A stretch of DNA of 64,000 nucleotides from Candidatus Saccharimonadota bacterium (GTDB taxonomy: Bacteria > Patescibacteriota > Saccharimonadia > Saccharimonadales > HK-STAS-PATE-42), in contig DAISWL010000002.1 in the NCBI GenBank assembly GCA_036826375.1, positions 37,157-101,156 of the forward strand, read 5' to 3'. Below the pieces are notes generated by a model. It was not told the DNA's origin, did not search any database, and saw only the letters and a program-made list of their open reading frames with translations. Each line of letters opens with the position of its first letter. Positions within the stretch are counted from its first letter, which is position 1. Below, piece after piece: positions 29,856 to 39,576 of the stretch. The position numbers and the translations under genes are program-made.

Positions 29856-30467
29856 ATGAAGATTGATTTCAAAAAACAGTTAACTTGCTATAAGGCTTCC
29901 CGAAAACTAGAGATCATCGAGGTGCCAAAATTACAATATTTAATGATAGATGGGTTTGGTGATCCTAACGCATCTAAAATGTATCAAGATGCACTCCATA
30001 CTCTGTACCCGGTTGCTTATAAACTTAAGTTTATTTCAAAAAATTTAAATAAAGATTTTGTAGTGATGCCGCTGGAAGGTCTGTGGTGGGCGGATCAGAT
30101 GGATAGTTTTACATCGGCCAGAGATAAAAGCCAGTGGCACTGGACGATGATGATTATGCAACCGAGCCATATAACTCCGGAAATGTTAAAAGATGCTAAG
30201 CTTAAGTTGGCTCAGCAAAAAGATGCTCCGCCGCTACTGGATGATATAAGGCTTGAATATCTGAATGAAGCTACGTCGGTTCAAGTTTTGCACGTTGGTT
30301 CTTATGATGATGAAGCAGATATTTTAGCCAAGATGCATCATGAATTTATCCCAGAAAATAAGCTTAAGATGGTTGGTAAACATCACGAAATCTATTTGAG
30401 CGATCCCAGAAAAATCAGCCCCGAAAAATTAAAAACAATTTTGCGCCAGCCGGTAGAGAATCTATAA
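29856..30467 (+). CDS. GyrI-like small-molecule-binding domain protein
   Basis: 203 aa; the C-terminal HHEIYLSDPRKISPEKLKTILRQP block resembles the GyrI-like/effector-binding domain family, from memory. Confidence 0.4.
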   Translation: MKIDFKKQLTCYKASRKLEIIEVPKLQYLMIDGFGDPNASKMYQDALHTLYPVAYKLKFISKNLNKDFVVMPLEGLWWADQMDSFTSARDKSQWHWTMMIMQPSHITPEMLKDAKLKLAQQKDAPPLLDDIRLEYLNEATSVQVLHVGSYDDEADILAKMHHEFIPENKLKMVGKHHEIYLSDPRKISPEKLKTILRQPVENL

Positions 30468-30527
30468 AGTTCTAGACATCTTCACTAAATTTAATTTATT
30501 TGCTACAATTAAGTTTAGTGGTTTAAT

Positions 30528-30604
30528 GGGTGGCTAGCTCAGTTGGCTAGAGCATCTCGTTTACACCGAGAGGGTCGGGGGTTCGAGTCCCTCGCCACCC
30601 ACCA
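30528..30604 (+). tRNA. tRNA-Val (anticodon TAC), CCA encoded
   Basis: Cloverleaf: acceptor GGGTGGC/GCCACCC, D-arm TAGCTCAGTTGGCTAGAGC, anticodon loop TTTACAC, T-arm GGGGGTTCGAGTCCCTC. Confidence 0.9.
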
Positions 30605-30636
30605 TTAACACTTATATTTTTTAAAAAATCATGAGC

Positions 30637-30712
30637 GGCTCTTTAGCTCAGTTGGTAGAGCAGAGGCCTGAAGAGCCTTGTGTCCCCAGTTCGAGTCTGG
30701 GAGGAGCCACCA
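30637..30712 (+). tRNA. tRNA-Phe (anticodon GAA), CCA encoded
   Basis: Acceptor GGCTCTT/AGGAGCC (one G-U pair), D-arm TAGCTCAGTTGGTAGAGC, anticodon loop CTGAAGA, T-arm CCCAGTTCGAGTCTGGG. Confidence 0.9.
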
Positions 30713-31013
30713 CAAAACGTTATTTTATACTTAAGCTTAGTGAATATCCGCTAAGCTTTTTTGTTTATAAAAGATTTCCCATTGGCGAGAACTGGATTAG
30801 CGAGCCGATAGAGCGAGCGCAGTCGGCGGAATGAATAAGCGCGCAGCAACCGGAACGAAGTGAAGATTGCGAGCACTTATGGATGGAGGAGGCGAAGCCG
30901 ATGTCTGGGAGGAGCCACCACGAAACGTTATTTTATACTTAAGCTTAGTGAATATCCGCTAAGCTTTTTTGTTTATAAAAGATTTTCCATTGGCGAGAAC
31001 TGGATTAGCGAGC
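30695..31013 (+). repeat. tandem direct duplication (~111-nt unit, ~98% identical, period 208 nt) of the tRNA-Phe 3' end (19 nt) plus the downstream terminator region, with a 97-nt GC-richer unique spacer
   Basis: Copy 1 at 30695-30805 and copy 2 at 30903-31013 differ at 2 positions. Spacer 30806-30902 is ~55% GC. Track ORFs 30631-30834 and 30860-31132 are artefacts of this repeat. Confidence 0.7.
30733..30764 (+). terminator. rho-independent terminator after tRNA-Phe (stem AAGCTTAG/CTAAGCTT, 10-nt loop, TTTTTT)
   Basis: Seen directly. The stem is built from the iterated AAGCTT palindrome. A second copy lies at ~30941-30972 inside the duplicated unit. Confidence 0.6.
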
Positions 31014-31059
31014 GAGTGCTTTTTACAAAGCTCAAGGTAGTATCTACTAGAATTAATAC

Positions 31060-31593
31060 TCAGGCTACTATTATATTACCTGCAGCCAGGCGAGGTCCTC
31101 CACTATGGCCTTTTTCCTCGCTCGGGGTATAAGGATCTTCTTTTAAATGGACCATTATTGAAGTGCCCTCTGGTGAATTTAACAATGATGCCGGACCTGG
31201 GCTAAGACTAAATCTATTGGTAATTGCTTCCATCTGACCATTTCCTTCTTCATCTACAATAATATTAGGCAAATCCCCAGCGTGATAACTATGATTAACA
31301 TCTGGGTTAGTGTTACCATTTGGGCCGGGATCAAAGTGCCCACCAGTACACATAAAGGTATCGGAGGCTTCATCTTCACATGTCATTGCTTTTTCATGGA
31401 TGTGACATGCATGCTTTCCCGGGGCTAGCACAGATGTATCGCCGCTAAGCTTAACACTAACTTTAACGTATTTGTAGCCTTCAATATCGTATTCTATGAA
31501 TTCTGCTCGGCCAGATATCCCCCTTCCTGATATCTCAGCTGCAGCTTGAGCTGTAACTTTACTTTGGTTGGATATTAAATCTACTTGTGCCAT
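31060..31593 (-). CDS. sodC: Cu/Zn superoxide dismutase
   Basis: 177 aa; copper/zinc-ligand blocks HACHIHE, GGHFDP, HAGDLPN; N-terminal region compatible with secretion. Confidence 0.85.
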   Translation of the reverse strand: MAQVDLISNQSKVTAQAAAEISGRGISGRAEFIEYDIEGYKYVKVSVKLSGDTSVLAPGKHACHIHEKAMTCEDEASDTFMCTGGHFDPGPNGNTNPDVNHSYHAGDLPNIIVDEEGNGQMEAITNRFSLSPGPASLLNSPEGTSIMVHLKEDPYTPSEEKGHSGGPRLAAGNIIVA

Positions 31594-31644
31594 TGTTTGG
31601 ACTCTCCCTTAAGTTTAATCTTACTTTAAATAAACACTATAAGC

Positions 31645-33459
31645 CTAGTCATCCTTCTTAATGAGAACTGTGAAGGCCTCGCTGGGTATCTCTACTTTAC
31701 CAAATTTTTTCATTCTGGCCTTACCTGCTTTTTGTTTAGCCCAAAGCTTTTTTTTACGGCTAACGTCTCCTCCGTAAAGATGAGCCGTGACATTTTTCTT
31801 TAGCGCGGAGACATCTTCACGAGCAATAAACTTACCGTTAATAGCCGCCTGTAAGCTGACTTTAAACAGTTGTTTAGGAATTATATCTTTTAATTTCTCA
31901 ACGATTCTACGCCCGATCGCTGGGGCCTCGGTTCTGTGTACTACTAAACTTAAAGCATCTACCATTTCTCCTGCAACGTAAAAATCTAATCTTACTAAAT
32001 TTTCTTCTCGATAGTCTGTTATCTGATAATTGAAACTTCCGTAACCGCTAGTAACAGATTTCAAGCTATCGTAAAAATCTGTTAGCATGTTAGCTAATGG
32101 AGCTTCAAAGCTTATTATTGCCAAGCCCCCTTCGGTATAGCTAAGGCCCTTCTGCAAGCCTCTAGAGGTGGCGATTAAACTTAATGTACCACCGAGATAC
32201 TCTTTAGGAGCAACTATCTCTCCGTTGATCCAGGGTTCTTTAATAGCTACAACCTGATCTGCTGATGGCATGTCGCTAGCAGATTTTATACTAACCTCGG
32301 AACCATCACTAAGTTTAATAATATAATCTGTGCTAGGGTTTGTGACAATAATTTCTAAATTATACTCACGCTCTAGCCTTTCTTTGACTATTTCAAGATG
32401 CAATAAGCCCAAGAATCCGATCCTAAACCCGAATCCTAGCACTGGTGAATTCTCTTGAGAGAATTTAAGCGCACTATCGCTTAAGCTTAACTTCTCTATA
32501 GCATCTTTTAAGTCTTCGTAGTCTTCATTGCTGGCCGGGAAAAACCCAGCGTATACAAATGGTGTAACATCTTTATATCCCCGGAGGGCTTGCCTGGCTG
32601 GTTTAGATTTTAAAGTAACCGTATCCCCGACCTTAGCTTCTGAAGTCGAATGCAGATTGGTTACTATATAGCCGATCTCACCAGAGTTCAAGGAAGGATC
32701 TTTAATCATACCAGGAGAAAGATGCCCAACTTCTAGGGCTACACCGTGCGTAGATTCAGCCATCATTGTTATCTCATCGCTATTCTTAATTTGGCCGTTG
32801 AAGAGGCGGACATAAACTACCACGCCCCTGTAGTCATCATAGTAGCTATCGAAAATTAATGCTGCAGTAGGCTCGTGAATAGAGTTAAGTTCGCCACTTG
32901 GTGGTGGTATCTGACTAACTATTGCGTCGAGCACTGAATCTACCCCCTGACCAGTTTTAGCACTAACCTTAATGATATCCTCTTGTTTGCAGCCAAGTAG
33001 ATCTATAATTTCTGAGCTAACTTTTTCTACGTCTGCAGCGGGCAAATCTATTTTATTCAAAACTGGGATAAGCTTTAAATTCTGCTCAAAAGCTAAATAA
33101 AGATTGGCCAGGGTTTGTGCCTGAACGCCCTGGGTGGCATCAACCACAAGGATAGCCCCCTCACAAGCCTGTAAAGAACGTGAAACTTCGTAGCTAAAAT
33201 CTACATGACCAGGAGTATCTATCAAGTTTAATTGATAGGTGATGTCATTTTTCTGATAAGCCATCCTAACTGGCGCAAGCTTAATAGTAATACCCTTCTC
33301 GCGCTCTAAATCCATCTTATCTAACAATTGTGATTTCATATCGCGCTTATTAACAGTACCTGTTAATTCTAGAAGTCTATCCGCAAGAGTAGACTTACCA
33401 TGGTCTATATGAGCAATTATTGAAAAATTTCTGATTAAGCCTAAATCTGAATTAGCCAC
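31645..33459 (-). CDS. lepA: elongation factor 4 (LepA)
   Basis: 604 aa; begins NFSIIAHIDHGKSTLADRLL; LepA-specific C-terminal domain. Confidence 0.93.
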   Translation of the reverse strand: MANSDLGLIRNFSIIAHIDHGKSTLADRLLELTGTVNKRDMKSQLLDKMDLEREKGITIKLAPVRMAYQKNDITYQLNLIDTPGHVDFSYEVSRSLQACEGAILVVDATQGVQAQTLANLYLAFEQNLKLIPVLNKIDLPAADVEKVSSEIIDLLGCKQEDIIKVSAKTGQGVDSVLDAIVSQIPPPSGELNSIHEPTAALIFDSYYDDYRGVVVYVRLFNGQIKNSDEITMMAESTHGVALEVGHLSPGMIKDPSLNSGEIGYIVTNLHSTSEAKVGDTVTLKSKPARQALRGYKDVTPFVYAGFFPASNEDYEDLKDAIEKLSLSDSALKFSQENSPVLGFGFRIGFLGLLHLEIVKERLEREYNLEIIVTNPSTDYIIKLSDGSEVSIKSASDMPSADQVVAIKEPWINGEIVAPKEYLGGTLSLIATSRGLQKGLSYTEGGLAIISFEAPLANMLTDFYDSLKSVTSGYGSFNYQITDYREENLVRLDFYVAGEMVDALSLVVHRTEAPAIGRRIVEKLKDIIPKQLFKVSLQAAINGKFIAREDVSALKKNVTAHLYGGDVSRKKKLWAKQKAGKARMKKFGKVEIPSEAFTVLIKKDD

Positions 33460-33464
33460 GATAA

Positions 33465-35039
33465 CTACTTTTGACCCACAAATTTAACGAACTTCTCTAC
33501 TACAGGTTTGGCTTCTTTTAAGCCAATTAAATAACTAACGATGATATAGGCTATTATAGATATACTAACGGTAATAATGAACTTGGGCACAATCACCATG
33601 AATCCAGCATCCCCAGATCGTAGGGGCAATATTTTAATCATAAACCAGGTTATGAAAGAGGTAGCGAGCCCAGCTAATAGCATTTTTAAAATCTGGGATA
33701 TCACTTCCTTATCAAATAGCTGGTCGACATGTTTTTTCAAGAACTTCATTAATATCAGAACCTCTACTACACTAGATGATGTTTGAGCTATAGCCAAGCC
33801 TCTTACCCCTAAAGCTGAAGACCGGCCGAGAGTTATAGCCAGCACTATGTTCAAGGCAACAGCAAAGAAAGAAATGTAGAGAGGGGTCATAGTATCCTGC
33901 TTGGCGTAATATATCCTTGTTAGAATCTGGAAAAGAACCTTTGCGCCGATTAAGCCAACTAGTAGCGCCAATATGGAGGCTATCACCGCGTTGCCTTTTG
34001 CGAATAGCAGCCTAACTAAATAACCACGGCCAAAGTATGTAATTATCATTGTCGGGATGATCAACCATATTATAATCTTCACGATATTCTGAACTTCCTT
34101 CTTGAATAAATCTGGACGATTCTGGTTTAAACGTTCGGTCATCCTGGGGAATGCAGCAGTGGATATTGCGGCACCGACTAAATTAACCGGAACTGTCTGC
34201 AGAGTAAAAGCTGTCTGGTAGGCCGTGATCATACCAGGTCCTAATCTTGAAGCCATGTTAGTTTCGACCAATACGTTAAGATAATCTATGCTTTGGTCTA
34301 ATGAGCGTGTGGGAAGAATTTTGAGCACCTTATGGAAAGCTTTGTTTTTAGTATATATCCACGGTGAATAGTTAAACTTAAGACCTATCAGGCCAATAAT
34401 GCTTGTTATCAGTTGAAGAAAAGATCCGATTACCACACCGTAAGCAACCCCCATTATGCCAAATTTTGGAGATAGAAAGATAACTCCGGATATAATACCC
34501 AAACTATAAACCGATGGAGCCATGGCGTAAAAGAAGAACTTACCATGAGCTTGCTGGATGCTCGTAAGAACGCTACTCACCGAAAATAGTATCGGGTTGA
34601 TAGCAATTATACGCATCATACTAACAGCCAAAAAGGTGGCGTGTTCATCTAAGCCCGGAGCCACTATTTTAGATACTAGCGTTTCTGCAAATATAATTAT
34701 AAGTATGCTGGCTACAGTAGTAGATATTGCTAGTATATTGACTAAGCTACTACTTAGCTCCCACGCTGAGTGCCTATTCCCTTTAGCTATTCTTTCGTTG
34801 AAAACTGGTATAAAGCTAACACTAAGAGAACCAGAAACCAGAATGAAGAACATAAAATCCGGGATAGTAAAAGCTGTGCGATAGGCATCTATTTCTGGAC
34901 CTAAACCAAAATTGGCCAAAATAAGCCTTTCCCTGAGTAATCCAAGCATGCTAGAGAAAATGCCTGATGCCGCCAGCATGGCCGCCGCATAACCCACACT
35001 CATGTTCTTATTGAATCTTAAAACTAATTTTTTGATCAT
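33465..35039 (-). CDS. murJ: lipid II flippase MurJ (MviN)
   Basis: 524 aa polytopic; N-terminal LGLLRERLILANFG...DAYRTAFTIPDFMF typical of the MurJ/MOP family. Confidence 0.8.
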   Translation of the reverse strand: MIKKLVLRFNKNMSVGYAAAMLAASGIFSSMLGLLRERLILANFGLGPEIDAYRTAFTIPDFMFFILVSGSLSVSFIPVFNERIAKGNRHSAWELSSSLVNILAISTTVASILIIIFAETLVSKIVAPGLDEHATFLAVSMMRIIAINPILFSVSSVLTSIQQAHGKFFFYAMAPSVYSLGIISGVIFLSPKFGIMGVAYGVVIGSFLQLITSIIGLIGLKFNYSPWIYTKNKAFHKVLKILPTRSLDQSIDYLNVLVETNMASRLGPGMITAYQTAFTLQTVPVNLVGAAISTAAFPRMTERLNQNRPDLFKKEVQNIVKIIIWLIIPTMIITYFGRGYLVRLLFAKGNAVIASILALLVGLIGAKVLFQILTRIYYAKQDTMTPLYISFFAVALNIVLAITLGRSSALGVRGLAIAQTSSSVVEVLILMKFLKKHVDQLFDKEVISQILKMLLAGLATSFITWFMIKILPLRSGDAGFMVIVPKFIITVSISIIAYIIVSYLIGLKEAKPVVEKFVKFVGQK

Positions 35040-35132
35040 TAAGCTTAATTATAACCTATATTCAAGATTTTATGTTAAACTATTAGCCAGTAAGTAGAGA
35101 AATTTAAAAGGGTAATATAAGAAGGATTATTT

Positions 35133-36224
35133 ATGCCATCAGAAAAAAGAGAAATTGTAGATATATCTAATAAATCTATTTTTAGATTATTTTCAGCAGT
35201 ATTAATTTTCATCTTTGGTATCTACTTTTTATATAGTATAAAAAACGTTTTGGTTATGTTAATAATCTCTGGGTTTCTTGCTCTTTCTATATACAGACCA
35301 GTTAAGTTTTTAGCGACTAAGCTCAGGGTGTCTACAACTATCGGGACCATCATAGCTTATAGTCTAGTCGTGGGAATATTAGGGTATTTAATATACGCCA
35401 CTTTCCCATCGCTTATCAAACAACTCTATAGTTTAGTAATCAACGCCCCTAATACAATAGAAACCGCTAGAAATACTAATAGCTTTGCGGCTTTTGCCAT
35501 AAACGCCTTTGATCTGGAACAGAAATCAAATCAGCTTAGTCAATACGCCTCCACCCACTGGCAAGATATCGTGCACGGATTTGCTGGGCAATTTCAAAGT
35601 TTTGTAAGTTTTATATATTCTCTAATAACTATACTTATCATCACCCTTTTGATAGTGGCTGAGGGACCAGAGATGATAGACCGTCTGTGGGATATAGTAG
35701 AAGATGGCAATAATAAAAAGAAATATCAAAAACTATTATATAAAATGTATGGCGTTATAACTGGATACACTAATGGCCAAGTGATACTTACCACGTTAAA
35801 TGCAACTTTCGCATTAATATTTATGATGATAGCCTCTAAAATTGTGGGAGTTAACATCCAATACCCATTAGCCATTTGGGCGCTAGTTTGGATGGCCGGA
35901 TTAATACCATTTGTAGGAGCAACCCTGGGAGCTGCCATCTCAATATTCTTTACCATCTTCTTGAGCTGGAAATTAAGTCTAGCCATAGCCATATATTATG
36001 CAGTTTATCAGCAAATAGAAAATAGTACCCTGCAGCCATGGATACAATCAAAATCCATCAACGCAAGTGCCCTAACGATATTTGTGGCAGCGCTTATAGG
36101 CGCTAGCTTTGGCGGAATAGTGGGTGCTTTTGTTGCTATACCAGTAGCTGGGTGTATGAAAGTAGGTATTGATTTCTACCTCAGAGAAAACTCAAAATCA
36201 ATTAGAATTAAGAAGAATAAATAA
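35133..36224 (+). CDS. AI-2E family (PerM/UPF0118) transporter
   Basis: 363 aa with ~8 predicted TM helices; topology and size fit AI-2E permeases. The family call is from memory of its general pattern. Confidence 0.5.
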   Translation: MPSEKREIVDISNKSIFRLFSAVLIFIFGIYFLYSIKNVLVMLIISGFLALSIYRPVKFLATKLRVSTTIGTIIAYSLVVGILGYLIYATFPSLIKQLYSLVINAPNTIETARNTNSFAAFAINAFDLEQKSNQLSQYASTHWQDIVHGFAGQFQSFVSFIYSLITILIITLLIVAEGPEMIDRLWDIVEDGNNKKKYQKLLYKMYGVITGYTNGQVILTTLNATFALIFMMIASKIVGVNIQYPLAIWALVWMAGLIPFVGATLGAAISIFFTIFLSWKLSLAIAIYYAVYQQIENSTLQPWIQSKSINASALTIFVAALIGASFGGIVGAFVAIPVAGCMKVGIDFYLRENSKSIRIKKNK

Positions 36225-36412
36225 TAAATATAGAGAGCACATTTTAGCTTGCTCCAGATTCTGGCGAGATAGATCCGCGATACAAATAGTTTTATTATAA
36301 GAAGCTATATCCTTAGCTTTAGCTATAGAAATAGGGGCAAGAAACTGTTTAGTTATTAGGATAGCTAGGGCGATAATTAAGCAAGTAATAATTTTCAGCC
36401 TATACCCCTACC

Positions 36413-38083
36413 TTAAATCCCCACCACTTCGCCACCAATTTTGTTGCAGAAAAACTGATCATGGCTAATGTAGAGGATAGCACCGCTAAACTTAATCAGC
36501 TCACTTTCAAGCTCCTCAATACTTGGTAGATCTAGGTGGTTGGTGGGCTCATCTAATATTAAAAGATTAGGTTGATTAGCTAGCATTTCAATAATTTGCA
36601 GCCGGGCTTTTTGACCTCCGCTAAGCTTAATTACTGGTTTATCGTAATCGGAAGTTGGCTCAAACAAATAACGTTTTAAAATAGATTTCACCTGAGGCTC
36701 AGTCAGCGGCTTGCCTAATTGATGATAGATATTTTCTACCGCCTGCCCTAGCTTAAGCTTAAGTACGCTAAGGTCAATCTCTTGTTGGTAATAACCAATC
36801 TTAAGATTAGGGTTAAGTTCTATCAAGCCAGAATAGATGCGGGGGAGGGCATCTTTTTGCCCACTGGAGGCAGATTTGCTTAAACTTAATATCGTTTTGA
36901 TTAAAGTAGATTTCCCCGCTCCGTTTTTACCTTTAATCTGCAGCTTCTCACCAATATTCAGCCTGAAAGAAAGTTCGCTAAATAAAATTTTTTCGCCCCA
37001 ACCTAAGCTTAAATCTAGCACATCTATCAGCGGAGCATTACCTTTAATATCGCTTCCGGCCATATTAAGTTTAATGTTGGTAGCTTTGAATTTCTCGTAA
37101 GCCGGCAACTGAGATTTTTTAAGTAGGGCATCTTTGCTTTCGTTATCTATCCATAGATTTGGTTTTTCTATAGCTTCAAGCTCCTTAAGTTTAAGCCGAG
37201 ATTTCGCCTCCAAGCCTTTGAAACGCTGAATTGTACTTGGGTGACGAGATTTTTCTTTCATCCTTTGATAGCGAATAATGTCATCTTTTGTATTGATGAT
37301 TTGCTTTTGAGTGATTTCAAATTCGCTGGCGGCTCCGGCAGTTTTAAAAGCATTTTGGCGGAGGTAATCTTGATAATTACCTGGGTAGATGAAAGTTTTT
37401 TGATCTTTAATTTCTATAATTTTATTGACCAAACTAAGAACATCCCTATCGTGAGTTACAATGATAATTGTGGCCTTTTCTTGAGCTAGCCAATCGTTGA
37501 ACCAAACTTTACTGGCGTAATCCATATGGTTGGTGGGCTCATCCATTAAGATGATATGAGCCTTGCTGTGCATAATTTTCACAACCTCGACCATCCGTTT
37601 TTGACCGCCACTTAAGTTTAATAGCTTATCTGCACTCATGCTTTCGGTGATGCCGAGGCGTTTTAAATCTTCTATGATTTTGCCTTCCAGTTCATAAAAG
37701 CCTAAGTCTCCAAACTGCTCTAAAGCCTCAGAGTATTGGTGAATTTGGTGATTAGTTGGGTTCTGAAGATGCTCAAACTGCTCAATCTGATTCTTAAGTT
37801 TAGTGTAGCGGGGGATATCCCCCAGTATATAAGTTATGACGATTTTATCCGCCTGATCGCTGTGTTCTTGACGGGTGCTTGCTATGGTGATGTTTTTGGC
37901 TAAGCTTAAATCTCCATCGTAATCTTTATCGCTACCGTTAATAATGTTTAAAAGTGTAGATTTCCCACAGCCGTTACGGCCGATTAAACCTATTTTTTCG
38001 CCTTTATTTAAACTTAAGCTAAGCCCGCCATAAAGTAATTTGGAGCCGAAAGATTTTGAATGGATATCAATGTTAACTAGCAT
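36413..38083 (-). CDS. ABC-F family ATPase (two ABC domains, no TMD; EttA/Uup-like)
   Basis: Walker A GRNGCGKST and GKNGAGKST, signatures LSGGQKRM and LSGGQKARL. Start placed at the internal Met (MLVNIDIH) to avoid overlap with the upstream MFS gene. Confidence 0.85.
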   Translation of the reverse strand: MLVNIDIHSKSFGSKLLYGGLSLSLNKGEKIGLIGRNGCGKSTLLNIINGSDKDYDGDLSLAKNITIASTRQEHSDQADKIVITYILGDIPRYTKLKNQIEQFEHLQNPTNHQIHQYSEALEQFGDLGFYELEGKIIEDLKRLGITESMSADKLLNLSGGQKRMVEVVKIMHSKAHIILMDEPTNHMDYASKVWFNDWLAQEKATIIIVTHDRDVLSLVNKIIEIKDQKTFIYPGNYQDYLRQNAFKTAGAASEFEITQKQIINTKDDIIRYQRMKEKSRHPSTIQRFKGLEAKSRLKLKELEAIEKPNLWIDNESKDALLKKSQLPAYEKFKATNIKLNMAGSDIKGNAPLIDVLDLSLGWGEKILFSELSFRLNIGEKLQIKGKNGAGKSTLIKTILSLSKSASSGQKDALPRIYSGLIELNPNLKIGYYQQEIDLSVLKLKLGQAVENIYHQLGKPLTEPQVKSILKRYLFEPTSDYDKPVIKLSGGQKARLQIIEMLANQPNLLILDEPTNHLDLPSIEELESELIKFSGAILYISHDQFFCNKIGGEVVGI

Positions 38084-39290
38084 GACTGTGCCTTTCTTTT
38101 GCATAGATGTACAAACTTAATATTACCACTGTAATCCCTACAAAAGCAGATACTAGCAAGTAGCCGCTATCACCTAACCTATTCATACTTAAGTTTAGTA
38201 GCGGGTAGGATAGAGCCGCCATAATTCCTCCAACTAATCCAGATAAACTAGCTACCGAAGCTCTTTCCGAGCTGGGTGCTAGATCGTGAAGCTTGGCATC
38301 GTTGATATCATTAGCGTAGCTTTGAGAAAGTAATAATATAAACATAGATACCAGCAGTAAGAACCAATTTGTAGCTATAAAGGCAGCGATAGCAAAACCA
38401 GTAGATGTAATCATCAATACCGGCTGCCACCAGCTAGCCTTAAATTTATCTACTAACCCACCCAAAATGAAATAACCAAGGGTACCGGCTATAGCGGTCA
38501 ACAGACCGATCCATTTTTGATCAATCCCAATTTTAAGGTAAGATAGTGGAGAAAATTCATAAACATAATTAGCATAAACTGAAACCACTAGAGCTGAGAT
38601 TATTATTCTCAAGCCCAGGCTCTTATTCACAATGGTTGATTTAATAGTTTTTAACACATGTTTGTAAGCAGTTAGTTCTTGATCTTTTTTATGGAAAGTA
38701 GGTTCTTTAACTAGAAGAATGACCGCTGTACCCAGAATAGCGGTTGGAACTTCTAGAAAGTAAATTGATCTCGGATTAAGCAAATCTAGTAAATATCCAC
38801 CCAAAGATATAGATATGAATAGGCTTAATCCAAAAAGCCTTTGCAAGAATACATTAACCTTAAGATATTTTCCCTCTTGTTTTATGCTCTTTAAGCTATC
38901 ATAAACCAAGGCCTGCGATGTACCACTATGAAAACTAGAAGCTGCTCCCCATACTACTACGGAAATCAGATAGCTAAAATAACTGTGGCTTAATCCCCCC
39001 AGTAGGCTGGAAATAAGTAAACATCCCGTACTTAGGGCTAAGGTTTTGGTTCTGCTCCATCTATCACTTAAAATACTGCTAGGGAATTCTAGGATTAGAG
39101 TGGTGATCATATATATTAACGGAAAACTGGTAATTTGAGTGGTAGTTAAGTTTAATGTATTTTTTAAGAATATTTTTTCTATTCCATACCACAGTACAAA
39201 GCTTGAACAGAGGGTATAGATGGCAATTGCTCTCAATCTAGGGTCTGAGAGAATTAAGCTTATTTCTTTGTGTTGTTTTAGGTATTTCAT
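38073..39290 (-). CDS. MFS transporter
   Basis: 405 aa, ~12 TM; loop motif SDRWSRTK (G-x-L-a-D-R-x-G-R-K/R-like) between TM2 and TM3. Confidence 0.7.
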   Translation of the reverse strand: MKYLKQHKEISLILSDPRLRAIAIYTLCSSFVLWYGIEKIFLKNTLNLTTTQITSFPLIYMITTLILEFPSSILSDRWSRTKTLALSTGCLLISSLLGGLSHSYFSYLISVVVWGAASSFHSGTSQALVYDSLKSIKQEGKYLKVNVFLQRLFGLSLFISISLGGYLLDLLNPRSIYFLEVPTAILGTAVILLVKEPTFHKKDQELTAYKHVLKTIKSTIVNKSLGLRIIISALVVSVYANYVYEFSPLSYLKIGIDQKWIGLLTAIAGTLGYFILGGLVDKFKASWWQPVLMITSTGFAIAAFIATNWFLLLVSMFILLLSQSYANDINDAKLHDLAPSSERASVASLSGLVGGIMAALSYPLLNLSMNRLGDSGYLLVSAFVGITVVILSLYIYAKERHSHAS

Positions 39291-39315
39291 AATATGTATT
39301 TAATGCTGACTTGGT

Positions 39316-39576
39316 TTATTTATAAAGTTCAGAATGCGTTCCGATCATTTCAAAAATATAGATAGTCTCATTATCTATACGGTAGATAGCTCTGTAATCG
39401 CCGGTTACGCTAAAACTGCTATAATCTTTTAACTCACCGCTTAGCTTATGAGCTCTTAGGAGTGGAGCTCTAGGATTGCTGATAAAAAGCTCCAACCTTA
39501 GCTCAAAAGCACTTTTAACTTTACTTGGAAATTTAGTGAATTGTTTTTTGAACTTTTTACTAAACTTAATCTTCAT
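39316..39576 (-). CDS. relE: type II toxin, RelE/ParE family
   Basis: 86 aa; the pattern LSGELKDYSSFSVTGDYRAIYRIDNETIYIFEMIGTHSELY is characteristic of RelE/ParE toxins. Overlaps the upstream antitoxin gene by 11 nt. Confidence 0.7.
   Translation of the reverse strand: MKIKFSKKFKKQFTKFPSKVKSAFELRLELFISNPRAPLLRAHKLSGELKDYSSFSVTGDYRAIYRIDNETIYIFEMIGTHSELYK

Noticed and set aside
30631-31132. Two track ORFs (67 aa and 90 aa) with a shared GGATTKRYFILKLSEYPLSFFVYKRF segment
   Set aside because: They are read-through translations of tRNA-Phe and of the duplicated tRNA-3'/terminator repeat; the shared peptide is simply the repeated DNA.
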